A stretch of 38,063 nt of DNA from Chitinophagales bacterium (GCA_043749085.1 JAYVEA010000090.1:1-38063), one strand, 5' to 3'; positions 1 to 10,293 are shown, counted from the stretch's first letter. Notes: generated by a model from the sequence alone, not told the origin. Translations and numbers: made by a program.

Positions 1-88
1 GAGTATTGTATACAAAATTTTTTATATTTACATTGACCCCAAAATATTTAATGTTCTGCTCTATTTAAAATCTTCACATTTAAAAATT

Positions 89-1474
89 ATGAACATGAAG
101 AATTACCTTTTAGCCCTATCCGTTTTGTCGATTGCTGTTCTTACAGGTTGTAAAAAAAATACCGAAGAATTAGTAAAGTCTAATGATCTTTCTGTTACTC
201 CAAACGTTGCTTATACAGTAACAGACAAAGTTGTTCCAAATGAGCTTTTAATAAAGTTTAAAGCAAGCACTTCCGAAAGAAGCCGTACACAAACTCTGTC
301 ATTTATTAATGGCAAAATTTCTGAACATCTGCTCACAGCAGCGATGCAATATGCCGGTGATAATGAAGGTATATATCTTGTACATACTGATGTAGATATT
401 TTTCAGGCAATGGCAAGAATGAAAGGTGAATCAAATATAGAATATGCTGAGCCTAATTTTATTTATACACATGCCGCCATTTCTACCGATACTTATTATA
501 TCGATGGTTCTCTTTGGGGAATGTACAGTGATGATTTACCATCATCAGTTGGGCCACTCCGAACTACAAATCAATACGGAAGTCAGGCAGAGAAAGCATG
601 GGCCGCCGGACATACCGGTTCTTCTTCTGTTTATATTGGTGTAATAGATGAAGGAGCTATGTGGAGTCATGAAGATTTAACAGGAAACTTTGGCAATTAT
701 AAGGAAATTGCTGGTGATGGTATTGATAACGATGGTAACGGAAAGATAGATGATACATATGGATGGGATTTTGTACATAATGACAATACAACTTACGATG
801 TTGGTGAAGATGATCATGGAACTCATGTTTCAGGAACCATTGGAGGGAAAGGAGGAAATGGAATTGGAGTTGCAGGTATTAACTGGAATATAAAAATTAT
901 TTCAGCAAAATTTTTAGGCCCAAATGGAGGGACAACCGCAAATGCAATTTTAGCAGTTGACTATATTACAGATTTAAAAACTCGTGATAACTTGAATATT
1001 GTTGCGACCAATAATTCCTGGGGAGGCGGTGGATATTCATCAGGACTTTATGCTGCTATTGAAAGAGCGAATGCACAAGGTATTTTATTTATTGCTGCTG
1101 CGGGTAATAGCAGTAAAAACATAGATAAAAGAGCAAGCTATCCTGCCAGTTATACGAATGCAAATATTATTTCTGTTGCAGCAATAGATCAATACGGGGC
1201 TAAGCCAAGTTGGTCAAATTATGGAGCAACTTCTGTAGATTTAGGTGCCCCGGGAGTAGGTGTTATTTCAACTGTACCGGGAGGATATGCTTCTTATAGC
1301 GGTACTTCAATGGCTACACCACATGTAACCGGCGCTGCTGCGCTATATGCTTCAACGCATTCTGGCGCTACTACTGCTCAAATTAAAGCTGCAATATTAG
1401 GTAGTACTATTCCAACGAGTTCTTTATCTGGAAAATGCGTAACAAATGGTCGTTTGAATGTAAGTGGATTTTAA
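89..1474 (+). CDS. S8 (subtilisin-like) serine protease, lipoprotein with N-terminal prodomain
   Basis: Lipobox LTGC; catalytic motifs VIDEG, HGTHVSG, AAGN, GTSMATPHV; Ca-loop GIDNDGNGKIDD. Confidence 0.93.
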   Translation: MNMKNYLLALSVLSIAVLTGCKKNTEELVKSNDLSVTPNVAYTVTDKVVPNELLIKFKASTSERSRTQTLSFINGKISEHLLTAAMQYAGDNEGIYLVHTDVDIFQAMARMKGESNIEYAEPNFIYTHAAISTDTYYIDGSLWGMYSDDLPSSVGPLRTTNQYGSQAEKAWAAGHTGSSSVYIGVIDEGAMWSHEDLTGNFGNYKEIAGDGIDNDGNGKIDDTYGWDFVHNDNTTYDVGEDDHGTHVSGTIGGKGGNGIGVAGINWNIKIISAKFLGPNGGTTANAILAVDYITDLKTRDNLNIVATNNSWGGGGYSSGLYAAIERANAQGILFIAAAGNSSKNIDKRASYPASYTNANIISVAAIDQYGAKPSWSNYGATSVDLGAPGVGVISTVPGGYASYSGTSMATPHVTGAAALYASTHSGATTAQIKAAILGSTIPTSSLSGKCVTNGRLNVSGF

Positions 1475-1495
1475 TAAAAATATTTTCTATAATTT

Positions 1496-1522
1496 AAGAC
1501 CGGCATAGTGTCGGTCTTTTTT
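1496..1522 (+). terminator. Rho-independent terminator of the S8 gene
   Basis: AAGACCGGCA-TAG-TGTCGGTCTT hairpin followed by a T run. Confidence 0.8.
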
Positions 1523-1544
1523 ATTACTTTATTTTAGATTTAAT

Positions 1545-2003
1545 GTGATGATTAAAATTGAATATCCAAAACATCAATTCAAAATAAAAAAAGAAAATAA
1601 TGTTGAGTTGATATTTGATGCTTTCCGCAAACGCTGGATGGTATTAACTCCTGAGGAATGGGTAAGGCAAAACATGCTCCATTATGTTACCGAAATAAAA
1701 AAATATCCTACTAAATTAATTGCAATTGAAAAAGAAATTAGTTTAGGCGAATTAAAAAAGCGTTGTGATGTTGTCATCTACGACAGGAATTCATTACCAT
1801 GGATGATCGTCGAATGCAAAGAAATGAATGCTAATATTAATTCAAAAACCCTGGAACAAATTCTCCGTTATCATATTACACTCCCGGCAAAATATCTCAT
1901 AATAACAAATGGCAGTTATTGTTTTGGATTTGAAAAAAGAGACGGTCAGTTTTTTGAAATAGATACAATGCCGGAATTTGAAACAATGCCAATTATTAAA
2001 TAA
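1545..2003 (+). CDS. Standalone type I restriction HsdR N-terminal-domain protein (HSDR_N_2-like)
   Basis: IFDxxRKxWxxLTPEEWVRQ, RCDVVIY and IVECK motifs; ATG at 1548 is an alternative start. Confidence 0.85.
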   Translation: MMIKIEYPKHQFKIKKENNVELIFDAFRKRWMVLTPEEWVRQNMLHYVTEIKKYPTKLIAIEKEISLGELKKRCDVVIYDRNSLPWMIVECKEMNANINSKTLEQILRYHITLPAKYLIITNGSYCFGFEKRDGQFFEIDTMPEFETMPIIK

Positions 2004-2022
2004 TTTCTTATTCAATAATTGT

Positions 2023-3441
2023 TTACGGAAATATTCCTAACTCTGCATAAGAAGTTGCAACTTTATTAATAGCGCAAACATAAGCAGCCGTACGCATGTC
2101 AGGTATGTTAGGGTTGGCATTCCAGATATCCATTATTTCTCTTGTTGCGGTTATCATTGTTTCTTCCAGTCCGCTTCTTACCAGATCAACTTCATCGGCA
2201 CCATGCATAATAAATTCCCTTTCAGTAGTACTTACATTTTTACCGGTAAGTTCTTCCATCTGCCCAAGTATATGCTGGTTCATATTTTCAGTAAATCGTT
2301 TTTCCATTCTGCCATAGCGAACATGACTTAGATTTTTCAGCCATTCAAAATAACTTACGGTAACACCACCCGCATTTAAATACATATCAGGAACAACCAC
2401 TATATCTTTTAATGCTAATATCTCATCCGCATCCGGTGTTAAAGGGCCATTGGCCGCTTCACCTATTATTTTGGCTTTTATCCTGGTTGCATTTTCTCCG
2501 TTAATAACATTTTCCAGCGCTGCCGGAATCAAAATATCACACTCCATTTCCAAAGCATCACTGCTTTTTTCAAAATTAGTTGCTCCTTTAAAATTTAAAA
2601 TACTGCCATTTTTTTTACGATGTGCAACAACAGCATCTACATCCAGTCCTTCATCGCTCCATATACCGCCCTCATATTCTGCAATACCTACAATTTTTGC
2701 ACCTGCCTGCTGAAAAAATAATGCTGAATGATAGCCCACATTTCCCAATCCCTGAACACAAACTCTTTTGCCTTCCACACCAATGGCAAGCCCTAATTTA
2801 TCCATTACCGTTTTCATGTTACATACTTCACGCAGGCCGTAAAATACGCCCAGTCCTGTAGCTTCAGTACGTCCTCTTACACCACCCTGCGAAACAGGTT
2901 TACCAGTTACACAACCTGCAGCATCAATCTCTCCGGGATGCATGGCAACGTATGTATCCAGTATCCACGCCATTTCTTTTGCGCCTGTACCGTAATCAGG
3001 AGCAGGTACATCAGTACCAGGACCGATAAATTTTTTCTTAATTAATTCGGCAGTATAACGGCGGGTAATTTTTTCAAGATCGTAATCAGAATATTTTTTA
3101 GGATCAATTTTAATACCTCCTTTGGCACCACCGAAAGGGACATTTACGATGGCACATTTATAGGTCATTAATGCAGCCAATGCCATCACCTCATCCTGGT
3201 TAACAGCGAGGCTAAAACGGATACCGCCTTTGCATGGAGTTTTATGGTGCGAGTGTTGAACGCGATAAGCTTCTATCACTTCTACTTTCTCATCAATCTT
3301 TACAGGAAATCTCATTTGATATACACTGTTACAGGCTTTTATCTGTTCTAAAATACCCGGATCCCAATCTGTGAATATGGCTGCCTTATCAAAACTTCTT
3401 TCTACGCTTTGAAAAAAACTATACGGTTTTTCGGATGACAT
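2023..3441 (-). CDS. gdhA: Glutamate dehydrogenase (Glu/Leu/Phe/Val dehydrogenase)
   Basis: KGGIRF, PFGGAKGG, DVPAPD, GLGNVG, EAANGP, NAGGVTVSYFEW. Confidence 0.95.
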   Translation of the reverse strand: MSSEKPYSFFQSVERSFDKAAIFTDWDPGILEQIKACNSVYQMRFPVKIDEKVEVIEAYRVQHSHHKTPCKGGIRFSLAVNQDEVMALAALMTYKCAIVNVPFGGAKGGIKIDPKKYSDYDLEKITRRYTAELIKKKFIGPGTDVPAPDYGTGAKEMAWILDTYVAMHPGEIDAAGCVTGKPVSQGGVRGRTEATGLGVFYGLREVCNMKTVMDKLGLAIGVEGKRVCVQGLGNVGYHSALFFQQAGAKIVGIAEYEGGIWSDEGLDVDAVVAHRKKNGSILNFKGATNFEKSSDALEMECDILIPAALENVINGENATRIKAKIIGEAANGPLTPDADEILALKDIVVVPDMYLNAGGVTVSYFEWLKNLSHVRYGRMEKRFTENMNQHILGQMEELTGKNVSTTEREFIMHGADEVDLVRSGLEETMITATREIMDIWNANPNIPDMRTAAYVCAINKVATSYAELGIFP

Positions 3442-3480
3442 AAAAATGTTTTATAGTAATCAATCGTTATTCAAAAATTT

Positions 3481-3699
3481 CTAATCTTTATTCTTCTCAA
3501 ACCTGCTTATTTTTTTATCTAACAAAAAAACGTAAATAAATAAGCCGATTAAAATTGTAAGACAAACAGCAACTACTACATAAATCTTTCCATTGCTTCG
3601 CATGCTGTCTGCCATGTCAACTTTATCCTTTGCAAACGAAGCGTAACTCAAAAACAAACAACCTGCCATAAATAAAAAACGTATAAATAAGTTATGCAT
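3481..3699 (-). CDS. ccmD: CcmD-family small membrane protein
   Basis: MRSNGKIYVVVAV-TM-LDKKISRFEK pattern; overlaps the ccmC stop. Confidence 0.75.
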   Translation of the reverse strand: MHNLFIRFLFMAGCLFLSYASFAKDKVDMADSMRSNGKIYVVVAVCLTILIGLFIYVFLLDKKISRFEKNKD

Positions 3700-4399
3700 T
3701 GATGAGTGTTTTATCTTTTAATAACTGTAACCTGATCTTTATTGTTGCTATCCAAACCCCCAGCAACGTCCAGCCTATAACTGCAGGATAAAATACCATT
3801 CGCAGGCGGCTGTCGATATCATTAAAGTTTAACGCAGGGTTTCCGCTATCACTGCCGGGAGCGCCGGGATGCAGGCTGCCTACCAATCTTGGTATTATCC
3901 ATATACTTGGAAAGAGCATTGTAAAAGCAAAAATATTATACACTGCACTCACACGTGCTTTTTTATCAATATCAGTAAGTGATCCTCTTAAAACAAAGTA
4001 GGCACCGTAAATTAATAATGCAATCGCAGCACCAATAAGTTTTGGTTCTTTTAAAACACTTCCCAAAGATTGATTCTGATCTGTTATCCATGTATAGTTT
4101 GCCCATATTGCACCGGTAGCATACCCAAGTATTCCAAAAAAACTTCCGATAGCTGCAAAGTTGACTGCAAAAATATCATCACGATTATTGGAAGATCGAA
4201 GGTATTTAATGCTGTAAATAAAACTTACAATAAATAGTATCATCATGCCAAACCACATGCATACATGAAAATAAAGGTTGCGGATCGATTCATTTATTAT
4301 TGGAAGGCGTGGTACGTCTAATAAAAAGCCACCAATAATTGTATAGGTAAGCAATAAAAATGATAATATTTTCCACCAGCTTTTCCTCAAGAAAGACAC
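3692..4399 (-). CDS. ccmC: Cytochrome c biogenesis heme exporter CcmC/CcsA
   Basis: Multi-TM protein; IRNLYFHV, TGAIWANYTW, SLHP histidine motif; downstream of ccmB. Confidence 0.88.
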   Translation of the reverse strand: MSFLRKSWWKILSFLLLTYTIIGGFLLDVPRLPIINESIRNLYFHVCMWFGMMILFIVSFIYSIKYLRSSNNRDDIFAVNFAAIGSFFGILGYATGAIWANYTWITDQNQSLGSVLKEPKLIGAAIALLIYGAYFVLRGSLTDIDKKARVSAVYNIFAFTMLFPSIWIIPRLVGSLHPGAPGSDSGNPALNFNDIDSRLRMVFYPAVIGWTLLGVWIATIKIRLQLLKDKTLINA

Positions 4400-4412
4400 T
4401 TTTTTTGTGGCG

Positions 4413-4420
4413 CAAAGTTA
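4413..4420 (-). promoter_or_regulatory. Bacteroidota -7 promoter element (TAACTTTG) for ccmC
   Basis: Matches TAnnTTTG, 13 nt upstream of the GTG start. Confidence 0.6.
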
Positions 4421-4479
4421 GGGTAAACTGCTTCATTTAATAAGAAATAAAAAAATGGAATAGTGTATCAGTTTGAAAT

Positions 4480-4773
4480 TTAATCATTAATTTTTTCAAT
4501 TATCCATTTGTCTTGTTTGGATTGCCTTCGTGTAAAATACCCGTCTTGCATATCTGCTAAATCCAAAATGGAATTATCAATGTCTATTATTTGACCAAGA
4601 GATACAACTTTTGCAACATCTTCAAAATTTTCGAATTCATCATCACTTGAAAATTGCCAGGCACCATCATCTTTATAGTGATAAACTACAGTAATATCCT
4701 TGTTATCATAAAGAACAAACTTTGTTGTAAATACTGCTGTATTATATGAAGTATTAAATTTTTTACTTTGCAT
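4480..4773 (-). CDS. Small acidic protein, DUF2185/Imm33-like (putative immunity-type protein)
   Basis: NTAVFTTKFV...HYKDDGAWQF...VSLGQIIDIDNSILDLADM pattern; ATG at 4773 preferred because the track start at 4824 lies inside a heptamer repeat. Confidence 0.6.
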   Translation of the reverse strand: MQSKKFNTSYNTAVFTTKFVLYDNKDITVVYHYKDDGAWQFSSDDEFENFEDVAKVVSLGQIIDIDNSILDLADMQDGYFTRRQSKQDKWIIEKIND

Positions 4774-4819
4774 ACATCTAAATAAGGAATATGAATTTGA
4801 AAGTAAATCTAAAGTTATA

Positions 4820-4847
4820 CTCACAACTCACATCTCACAATTCATTA
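4820..4847. repeat. Heptamer tandem repeat (CTCACAA)n
   Basis: CTCACAA CTCACAT CTCACAA TTCATTA. Confidence 0.7.
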
Positions 4848-4849
4848 TA

Positions 4850-5506
4850 TTATTCTTTCCATAAATAAGGAAAAAGAATGATTGCCATTACAACAACTAA
4901 TACATCTAACCCAATAATTAACGCAGATAATTGTAACACTGCGCCTTCTTTAAATATTTCTGCAAAGGCTGTTTTACTCAAACGCATCAACAATAATAAC
5001 TGGGGCAGAATTACAGGGAAGCCGAGAATTGCAATAAGTGCTGCGTTTTGCTGTGCCTTTCCGGCAATGGCACTCATTAATGTAAAAACCATGCTTATGC
5101 CTGCACCGCCTAATACAACAATACCTGTGAAGCGAAACGTATTACTAACCGGGTTATTTAAAAAAATAAAAAAGAGCACAAGACTAATAACACTCATCAA
5201 TATCATGAGTATGATGTTATACAATAATTTGCTTATGATAAATTCAACCGGGGATGCAACTGAATAAAAGTATAACATCCGGCCCCTGCTTTCCTGTAAA
5301 AAACTTTTTGCTACAGTATTTATGCATACAAATAATTGTATTACCCAAAATAATCCGTTCCATACATTGGCTTCAGGTTCATCAATTGAAAGATATAAAA
5401 CGAAAATAGTAGAAGCTATATAGAGTAATACTCCATAAAAAGTATGCTGTTGTCTTAATTCAAGAAGAAGATCTTTTTTAAGAAGTGTAAGAATCTGGTT
5501 TGTCAT
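4850..5506 (-). CDS. ccmB: Heme exporter protein CcmB
   Basis: LLKKDLLLELR start, KSFLQESRGRMLY, ILGFPVILPQL, C-terminal LFPYLWKE; hydrophobic TM pattern. Confidence 0.9.
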   Translation of the reverse strand: MTNQILTLLKKDLLLELRQQHTFYGVLLYIASTIFVLYLSIDEPEANVWNGLFWVIQLFVCINTVAKSFLQESRGRMLYFYSVASPVEFIISKLLYNIILMILMSVISLVLFFIFLNNPVSNTFRFTGIVVLGGAGISMVFTLMSAIAGKAQQNAALIAILGFPVILPQLLLLMRLSKTAFAEIFKEGAVLQLSALIIGLDVLVVVMAIILFPYLWKE

Positions 5507-5680
5507 TATCTAATGATTTTTTTAAAAATTATTATTATTTCTATATAAATATTGTTTACTTTTAGTGGGAGAAATTTAAAAATAAATATTTCACTTGCCA
5601 TTCTGTTATTTTTTAATTGTTCTCCCGATTTTATCCTGCGTATAACTTCCGTTTTTAATCTTCACCAAAACTGTAATATA

Positions 5681-7516
5681 ATGTACAAAATTTTAATTGC
5701 CGTAGCTTTTAGAAAATACTCTTCTCTCTGTTTGCAAGTATTGGGTTTATCTCTTTCTATACTGATGATTGGGTGTAACAAATCGATACACGAACCCACG
5801 CCTCTGCAACCCCAAAATGCGCAGGCTCCATTGTTGAACAAAGCTTCAGGAGCTAAATACATAAATAATACATACATAGTTGTTTTTAGGAACGATTTGG
5901 ATAATGTTGATGGAGAGGTAGATCAAATAACTCAGCATTTTAAAATCAAGTCAAATTATAGATACAAGTATGCTTTAAAAGGATTTGCAGGAGTGTTGCC
6001 TACAGCTGTAGTGGATGAATTACGCAACGATCCCCGTGTGGCCTATATTGAACAAGATCAGGAAATGCATTTCGTTACTACGCAAACGAATCCACCTTCA
6101 TGGGGACTAGACCGGATAGATCAACGATCACTTCCACTTGACGCTTCTTACACCTACAACCAGACAGGATCGGGAGTAGATGCTTACATTATTGATTGCG
6201 GTATCCTCTTAACCCATGCTGATTTTGGTGGACGGGCAGTAACTGGAATTGATGAGATAACACCCGGTGGTACTGCAACAGATGGAAATGGTCATGGTAC
6301 ACATGTTGCCGGAACTATAGGTGGTAATGCATATGGTGTTGCAAAAGGTGTAAAATTAATAGCAGTTCGGGTACTTGATAACAGCGGCTCAGGTACAATA
6401 TCAGGGGTAATTGCCGGAGTTGATTGGGTAACAAGTGATCACACTACTCATCCTGCTGTTGCAAACATGTCTCTCGGTGGTAGTCAATCAACTTCGCTTG
6501 ATGCTGCTGTTAGAAATTCCATTGCTGATGGAGTAACCTATTGTGTCGCCGCAGGAAACTCAAGTGCCGATGCTTCCCGCTATTCACCGGCAGGGGTTAC
6601 AGAGGCAGTTACTGTAGGAGCTACTGATATAAACGATGCATTTGCTTATTTTTCAAACTTCGGTTCTGTAGTGGATATTTCTGCTCCGGGAGTAGATATC
6701 ACATCTGATTGGAATACCTCGAACACTGCCACAAATACTATCTCGGGAACATCTATGGCAACTCCACATGTAACAGGAGCGGCAGCATTATATTTACAGG
6801 CTAACCCTACTGCAACACCAGCTCAGGTTCAATCTGCATTAAAGTCCAATGGCACACCTAATAAAATTACAGGTATTCCTGCAGGAACTGTCAATCTTCT
6901 TTTGTATTCTTTAATAGTAACCGGACCTCCTCCACCTCCTCCATCTGCACCAATATTGAATTCTCCTGCTGATGGAGCTTTGAGTGTTTCCACCAATCCA
7001 ACGCTATCATGGTATGCTTCCACTGGTGCAGATTCTTATGGAGTACAAGTTTCAAGCGATCCTGGTTTTACTACGTTGGTGTATAATCAAACTGGCATTA
7101 CATCTACATCAACAAATGTAACGGGCCTAACTGGTAGTACAGTGTATTATTGGAGGGTAAATGCTACTAACACAGGGGGTACAAGTTCATGGTCAGGGAC
7201 CTTTAGTTTTACAACTGCAGCAGGTAGTGCTCCGGCAGTACCTACTCTTAGCTCGCCGGTCAGTGGCGCCACGAATATATCAAGATCCCCGACTTTAACA
7301 TGGAATGCCTCCAGTGGTGCAACTTCATACAAAGTGCAGGTTTCAACTGATCCTGGTTTTGCTACATTCATATATGATCAAGCCAACATAACCACCACTT
7401 CAACAACCGTGACGGGACTTGGCAGCCGTGTAACTTATTATTGGCGGGTGAATGCTACTAATGCATATGGTACAAGTCCATGGTCGGCAATCTGGAACTT
7501 TAAAACGCGTAAGTAG
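5681..7516 (+). CDS. S8A proteinase K/aqualysin-like protease with I9 propeptide, Pro linker and two FN3-like repeats; probable lipoprotein
   Basis: WGLDRIDQR, IIDCG, GHGTHVAG, AAGN, GTSMATPHV; LMIGC lipobox; two YYWRVNATN repeats. ATG at 5681 preferred to TTG at 5552. Confidence 0.92.
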   Translation: MYKILIAVAFRKYSSLCLQVLGLSLSILMIGCNKSIHEPTPLQPQNAQAPLLNKASGAKYINNTYIVVFRNDLDNVDGEVDQITQHFKIKSNYRYKYALKGFAGVLPTAVVDELRNDPRVAYIEQDQEMHFVTTQTNPPSWGLDRIDQRSLPLDASYTYNQTGSGVDAYIIDCGILLTHADFGGRAVTGIDEITPGGTATDGNGHGTHVAGTIGGNAYGVAKGVKLIAVRVLDNSGSGTISGVIAGVDWVTSDHTTHPAVANMSLGGSQSTSLDAAVRNSIADGVTYCVAAGNSSADASRYSPAGVTEAVTVGATDINDAFAYFSNFGSVVDISAPGVDITSDWNTSNTATNTISGTSMATPHVTGAAALYLQANPTATPAQVQSALKSNGTPNKITGIPAGTVNLLLYSLIVTGPPPPPPSAPILNSPADGALSVSTNPTLSWYASTGADSYGVQVSSDPGFTTLVYNQTGITSTSTNVTGLTGSTVYYWRVNATNTGGTSSWSGTFSFTTAAGSAPAVPTLSSPVSGATNISRSPTLTWNASSGATSYKVQVSTDPGFATFIYDQANITTTSTTVTGLGSRVTYYWRVNATNAYGTSPWSAIWNFKTRK

Positions 7517-7551
7517 ACTAAATACTGAAATTGATTTTCTTTTATTTTATG

Positions 7552-7583
7552 AATAAGGCAACCAGAATTTCGGTTGCCTTATT
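7552..7583. terminator. Probable bidirectional terminator between the convergent S8 gene and tdk
   Basis: Perfect 12-bp stem AATAAGGCAACC / GGTTGCCTTATT. Confidence 0.75.
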
Positions 7584-7621
7584 TATTGAAGTGCTTCTTT
7601 ACAATTTTTATTTAATCTTTT

Positions 7622-8185
7622 TTATAATTGCGCACAATGCCGGCATCTCGGCTCATAAATATCTTTTTCTCCCAACACTACCTGCCCTTCCATTGCAACT
7701 TTGCGATAAGAAATATTAGCGATATTTCCGCATACCATACATATTGCATGCAGCTTTGTTATGTAATCTGCTATTGCCAATAGTTTAGGCATTGGCCCAA
7801 AAGGATTGCCGAGATAATCCATATCAAGCCCGGCAACAATAACTCTTACGCCTTTTAATGCTAACTGCTCACAAACCAATACAACCTGCTCATCAAAAAA
7901 CTGGGCTTCGTCAATGCCCACTACATCTACATCCTGTGCCATTAGTAATATGGTTTGAGAATTGTCCACAGGTGTTGAATGAATTTTATTTTCATCATGA
8001 CTTACAATTTTTACAATGTCATACCGAACATCGATAGAAGGTTTAAATATTTCTGCTTTAAGATTGGCTATCTTAACCCGTTTTAATCTACGGATAAGTT
8101 CTTCAGTTTTGCCGCTGAACATACTGCCGCAAATAACTTCTATCCAGCCTCTGCGTTCGCCCTTAAAATTGGGTTCTATAAACAT
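7622..8185 (-). CDS. tdk: Thymidine kinase
   Basis: [15 protein letters not shown]-loop, IDEAQF, VAGLDMD, Zn-site CMVC...CRHC. Confidence 0.97.
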   Translation of the reverse strand: MFIEPNFKGERRGWIEVICGSMFSGKTEELIRRLKRVKIANLKAEIFKPSIDVRYDIVKIVSHDENKIHSTPVDNSQTILLMAQDVDVVGIDEAQFFDEQVVLVCEQLALKGVRVIVAGLDMDYLGNPFGPMPKLLAIADYITKLHAICMVCGNIANISYRKVAMEGQVVLGEKDIYEPRCRHCAQL

Positions 8186-8320
8186 AATTAGTAAATATTT
8201 TTAAATTCAATTGTAACTTAGCCTGCGTACAAAGGTTAAAATGATTTTACATGAAATCAAAAACATTAATTTCATTTTTTCGTTGTATAGTATAACAATC
8301 CCTTAAGCAAATTAAATATA

Positions 8321-9064
8321 ATGGAAAGAGTGAAAACTCTAATAGAAAAATTGCAGCAGCAGGTTGATGATAATGCACCTGCTGATAAGTTATTGATGAC
8401 TGTACAAATGCTTCAATCCGAATTGCTTCAACAGAAGGGTAGCGATGCAGTAAATAAAGGAAAAGTAACTGTAATGATGCCTGGCAATAGAGCCGCAGTA
8501 AATTATGATCAAAAAGACACTTTAAAACATGAGCACGAAACAATCCGGGAGGAAGATAAAATTATAGAAGTTTTAAAAGTTGATGAAAAAGAAATTGAAG
8601 AAGAGCTGGAAGAAATAAAAAGAAATGCTGAAGCAAAAAACCAAATGAGCATAAACGCAAAACCGGTGTTGATGTTCGATCCTATTGAAGATGTACCCAC
8701 TTTAACACATCAGACATCTGCTCCGGTTCCTCAAAAGAATATTAATGAAGCTACGGCCAGACCCGAATCATTGAATGAGAGATTAATGCAAAGTAAGATA
8801 GAGCTTTCGGATATGCTTACTGAAGCCCCTGTAAGAGATCTTAAAAAAGCAATTGGCGTTAATGATCGTTTCTTATTTATCAATGAATTATTTCGTGGTG
8901 ATGAGGCTATGTATGAACGAAGTATAAAAACGATCAATAATTTTTCCATTTATCCCGAAGCACAATATTGGATAGAAAGAGAACTTAAAGTAAAAATAGG
9001 ATGGAAAGAATCAAACCCTATCGTAAAACAATTTGATCAGTTGGTTAAAAGGCGGTTTTCCTGA
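8321..9064 (+). CDS. Conserved Bacteroidota hypothetical protein
   Basis: Long ORF; C-terminal DLKKAIGVNDRFLFINELF...LVKRRF motif; 3' end overlaps the convergent waaA. Confidence 0.75.
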   Translation: MERVKTLIEKLQQQVDDNAPADKLLMTVQMLQSELLQQKGSDAVNKGKVTVMMPGNRAAVNYDQKDTLKHEHETIREEDKIIEVLKVDEKEIEEELEEIKRNAEAKNQMSINAKPVLMFDPIEDVPTLTHQTSAPVPQKNINEATARPESLNERLMQSKIELSDMLTEAPVRDLKKAIGVNDRFLFINELFRGDEAMYERSIKTINNFSIYPEAQYWIERELKVKIGWKESNPIVKQFDQLVKRRFS

Positions 9065-10278
9065 ATATATTCCATTATCTTTTTTGTTGCCCCTGCATTT
9101 TTGTACACATAATTTTTAGCAGCTTCACTTCTCTTTTTTAATTCTACCGGATTATTTAATAAATTATTTAAAACCTTTTCAAGCTCGAGAGCATTCTCAA
9201 TAGTTATTGCTCCGCCACAAGAAATTAATTCTTCGGCTTCAAAATTTTTTTCAAATACAGGTCCAAAAATTACCGGTTTGCCATATACTGCTGCTTCTAA
9301 AATATTGTGCAGGCCATCATCTCCAAAACCGCCACCAACATAGGTAATACCAGCATATTTATACAGCCGTGAAAGCATGCCAACGTTATCGATGATAATT
9401 ATATTGGTGTTTTGTATGGTAAGATCATTTAACTCCGAATAAAATAAAGAGTTTTTAAATTCTTTCTTCACATCAGCAAGATTTTCTTTATCAACTTCAT
9501 GTGGTGCAATGATAAATTTTATATCAGTATTTGTTCTTGCATAATGTATAAGCTCTGCTTCATCATCTTCCCATGTACTGCCCGCAACTATCACTTTGCT
9601 GCTTCCACAGAATTCTTTTATCAACGGTACATCATCAAAGTTTTCTGCAATGCTGATCACCCTGTCAAACCTTGTATCTCCTGAAACAGTTACATTTTTA
9701 ATATTAATGGTTGCTAATAAAATTTTTGAATTAGAATTTTGTACAAAATAATATGTAAAGCAATCCAGCATTTCGTTCCAAAAATTTCCATACCATTTAA
9801 AGAAAGGCTGATCTTTTCTAAAGGCCCCTGATATTAACAGGGTAGGAATATTTTTCTTTTTTAATTCAAATAAATAATGATACCAGTATTCATATTTTAC
9901 CCATAGAACTAATGCTGGATTAATAAGTTGAATAAACCTTTTTGCATTTGAAGCCGAGTCGATAGGTAAATAGAAAATATGATCAGCGCCTTTAAAATTT
10001 TTTTCAATTTCATAACCTGATGGAGAAAAAAAAGTGATTACAATAGTATAACGAGGAAATTCTTTCCTGATTTTTTCGAGCAAAGGACGCCCCTGTTCAA
10101 ATTCACCCAGGCTGGCACAGTGCATCCAGATAGTTTCACTCTCTGGAGAATTAAAAACTGGAAAATTTTTTCTTCCTTTTATCCAAAGCTTTGCTTTATC
10201 ATTCCATAGTGCTGCAATTCTAATTACTACAGGATATACCTTTAGAAAAATAGTATAAAAAAATAAGCTCAACTTCAT
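9037..10278 (-). CDS. waaA: 3-deoxy-D-manno-octulosonic acid (Kdo) transferase
   Basis: IWMHCASLGEFEQ, GDTRFDRV, AGSTW, GGGFG, HNILEAA; start uncertain (10278 ATG or nearby TTG). Confidence 0.93.
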   Translation of the reverse strand: MKLSLFFYTIFLKVYPVVIRIAALWNDKAKLWIKGRKNFPVFNSPESETIWMHCASLGEFEQGRPLLEKIRKEFPRYTIVITFFSPSGYEIEKNFKGADHIFYLPIDSASNAKRFIQLINPALVLWVKYEYWYHYLFELKKKNIPTLLISGAFRKDQPFFKWYGNFWNEMLDCFTYYFVQNSNSKILLATINIKNVTVSGDTRFDRVISIAENFDDVPLIKEFCGSSKVIVAGSTWEDDEAELIHYARTNTDIKFIIAPHEVDKENLADVKKEFKNSLFYSELNDLTIQNTNIIIIDNVGMLSRLYKYAGITYVGGGFGDDGLHNILEAAVYGKPVIFGPVFEKNFEAEELISCGGAITIENALELEKVLNNLLNNPVELKKRSEAAKNYVYKNAGATKKIMEYIQENRLLTN

Positions 10279-10293
10279 CTGTTTAGATAACAA

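Noticed and set aside
1545-2003. Type I restriction-modification or defence system
   Set aside because: Only a standalone HsdR-N domain, common in Bacteroidota; no hsdM, hsdS or helicase nearby.
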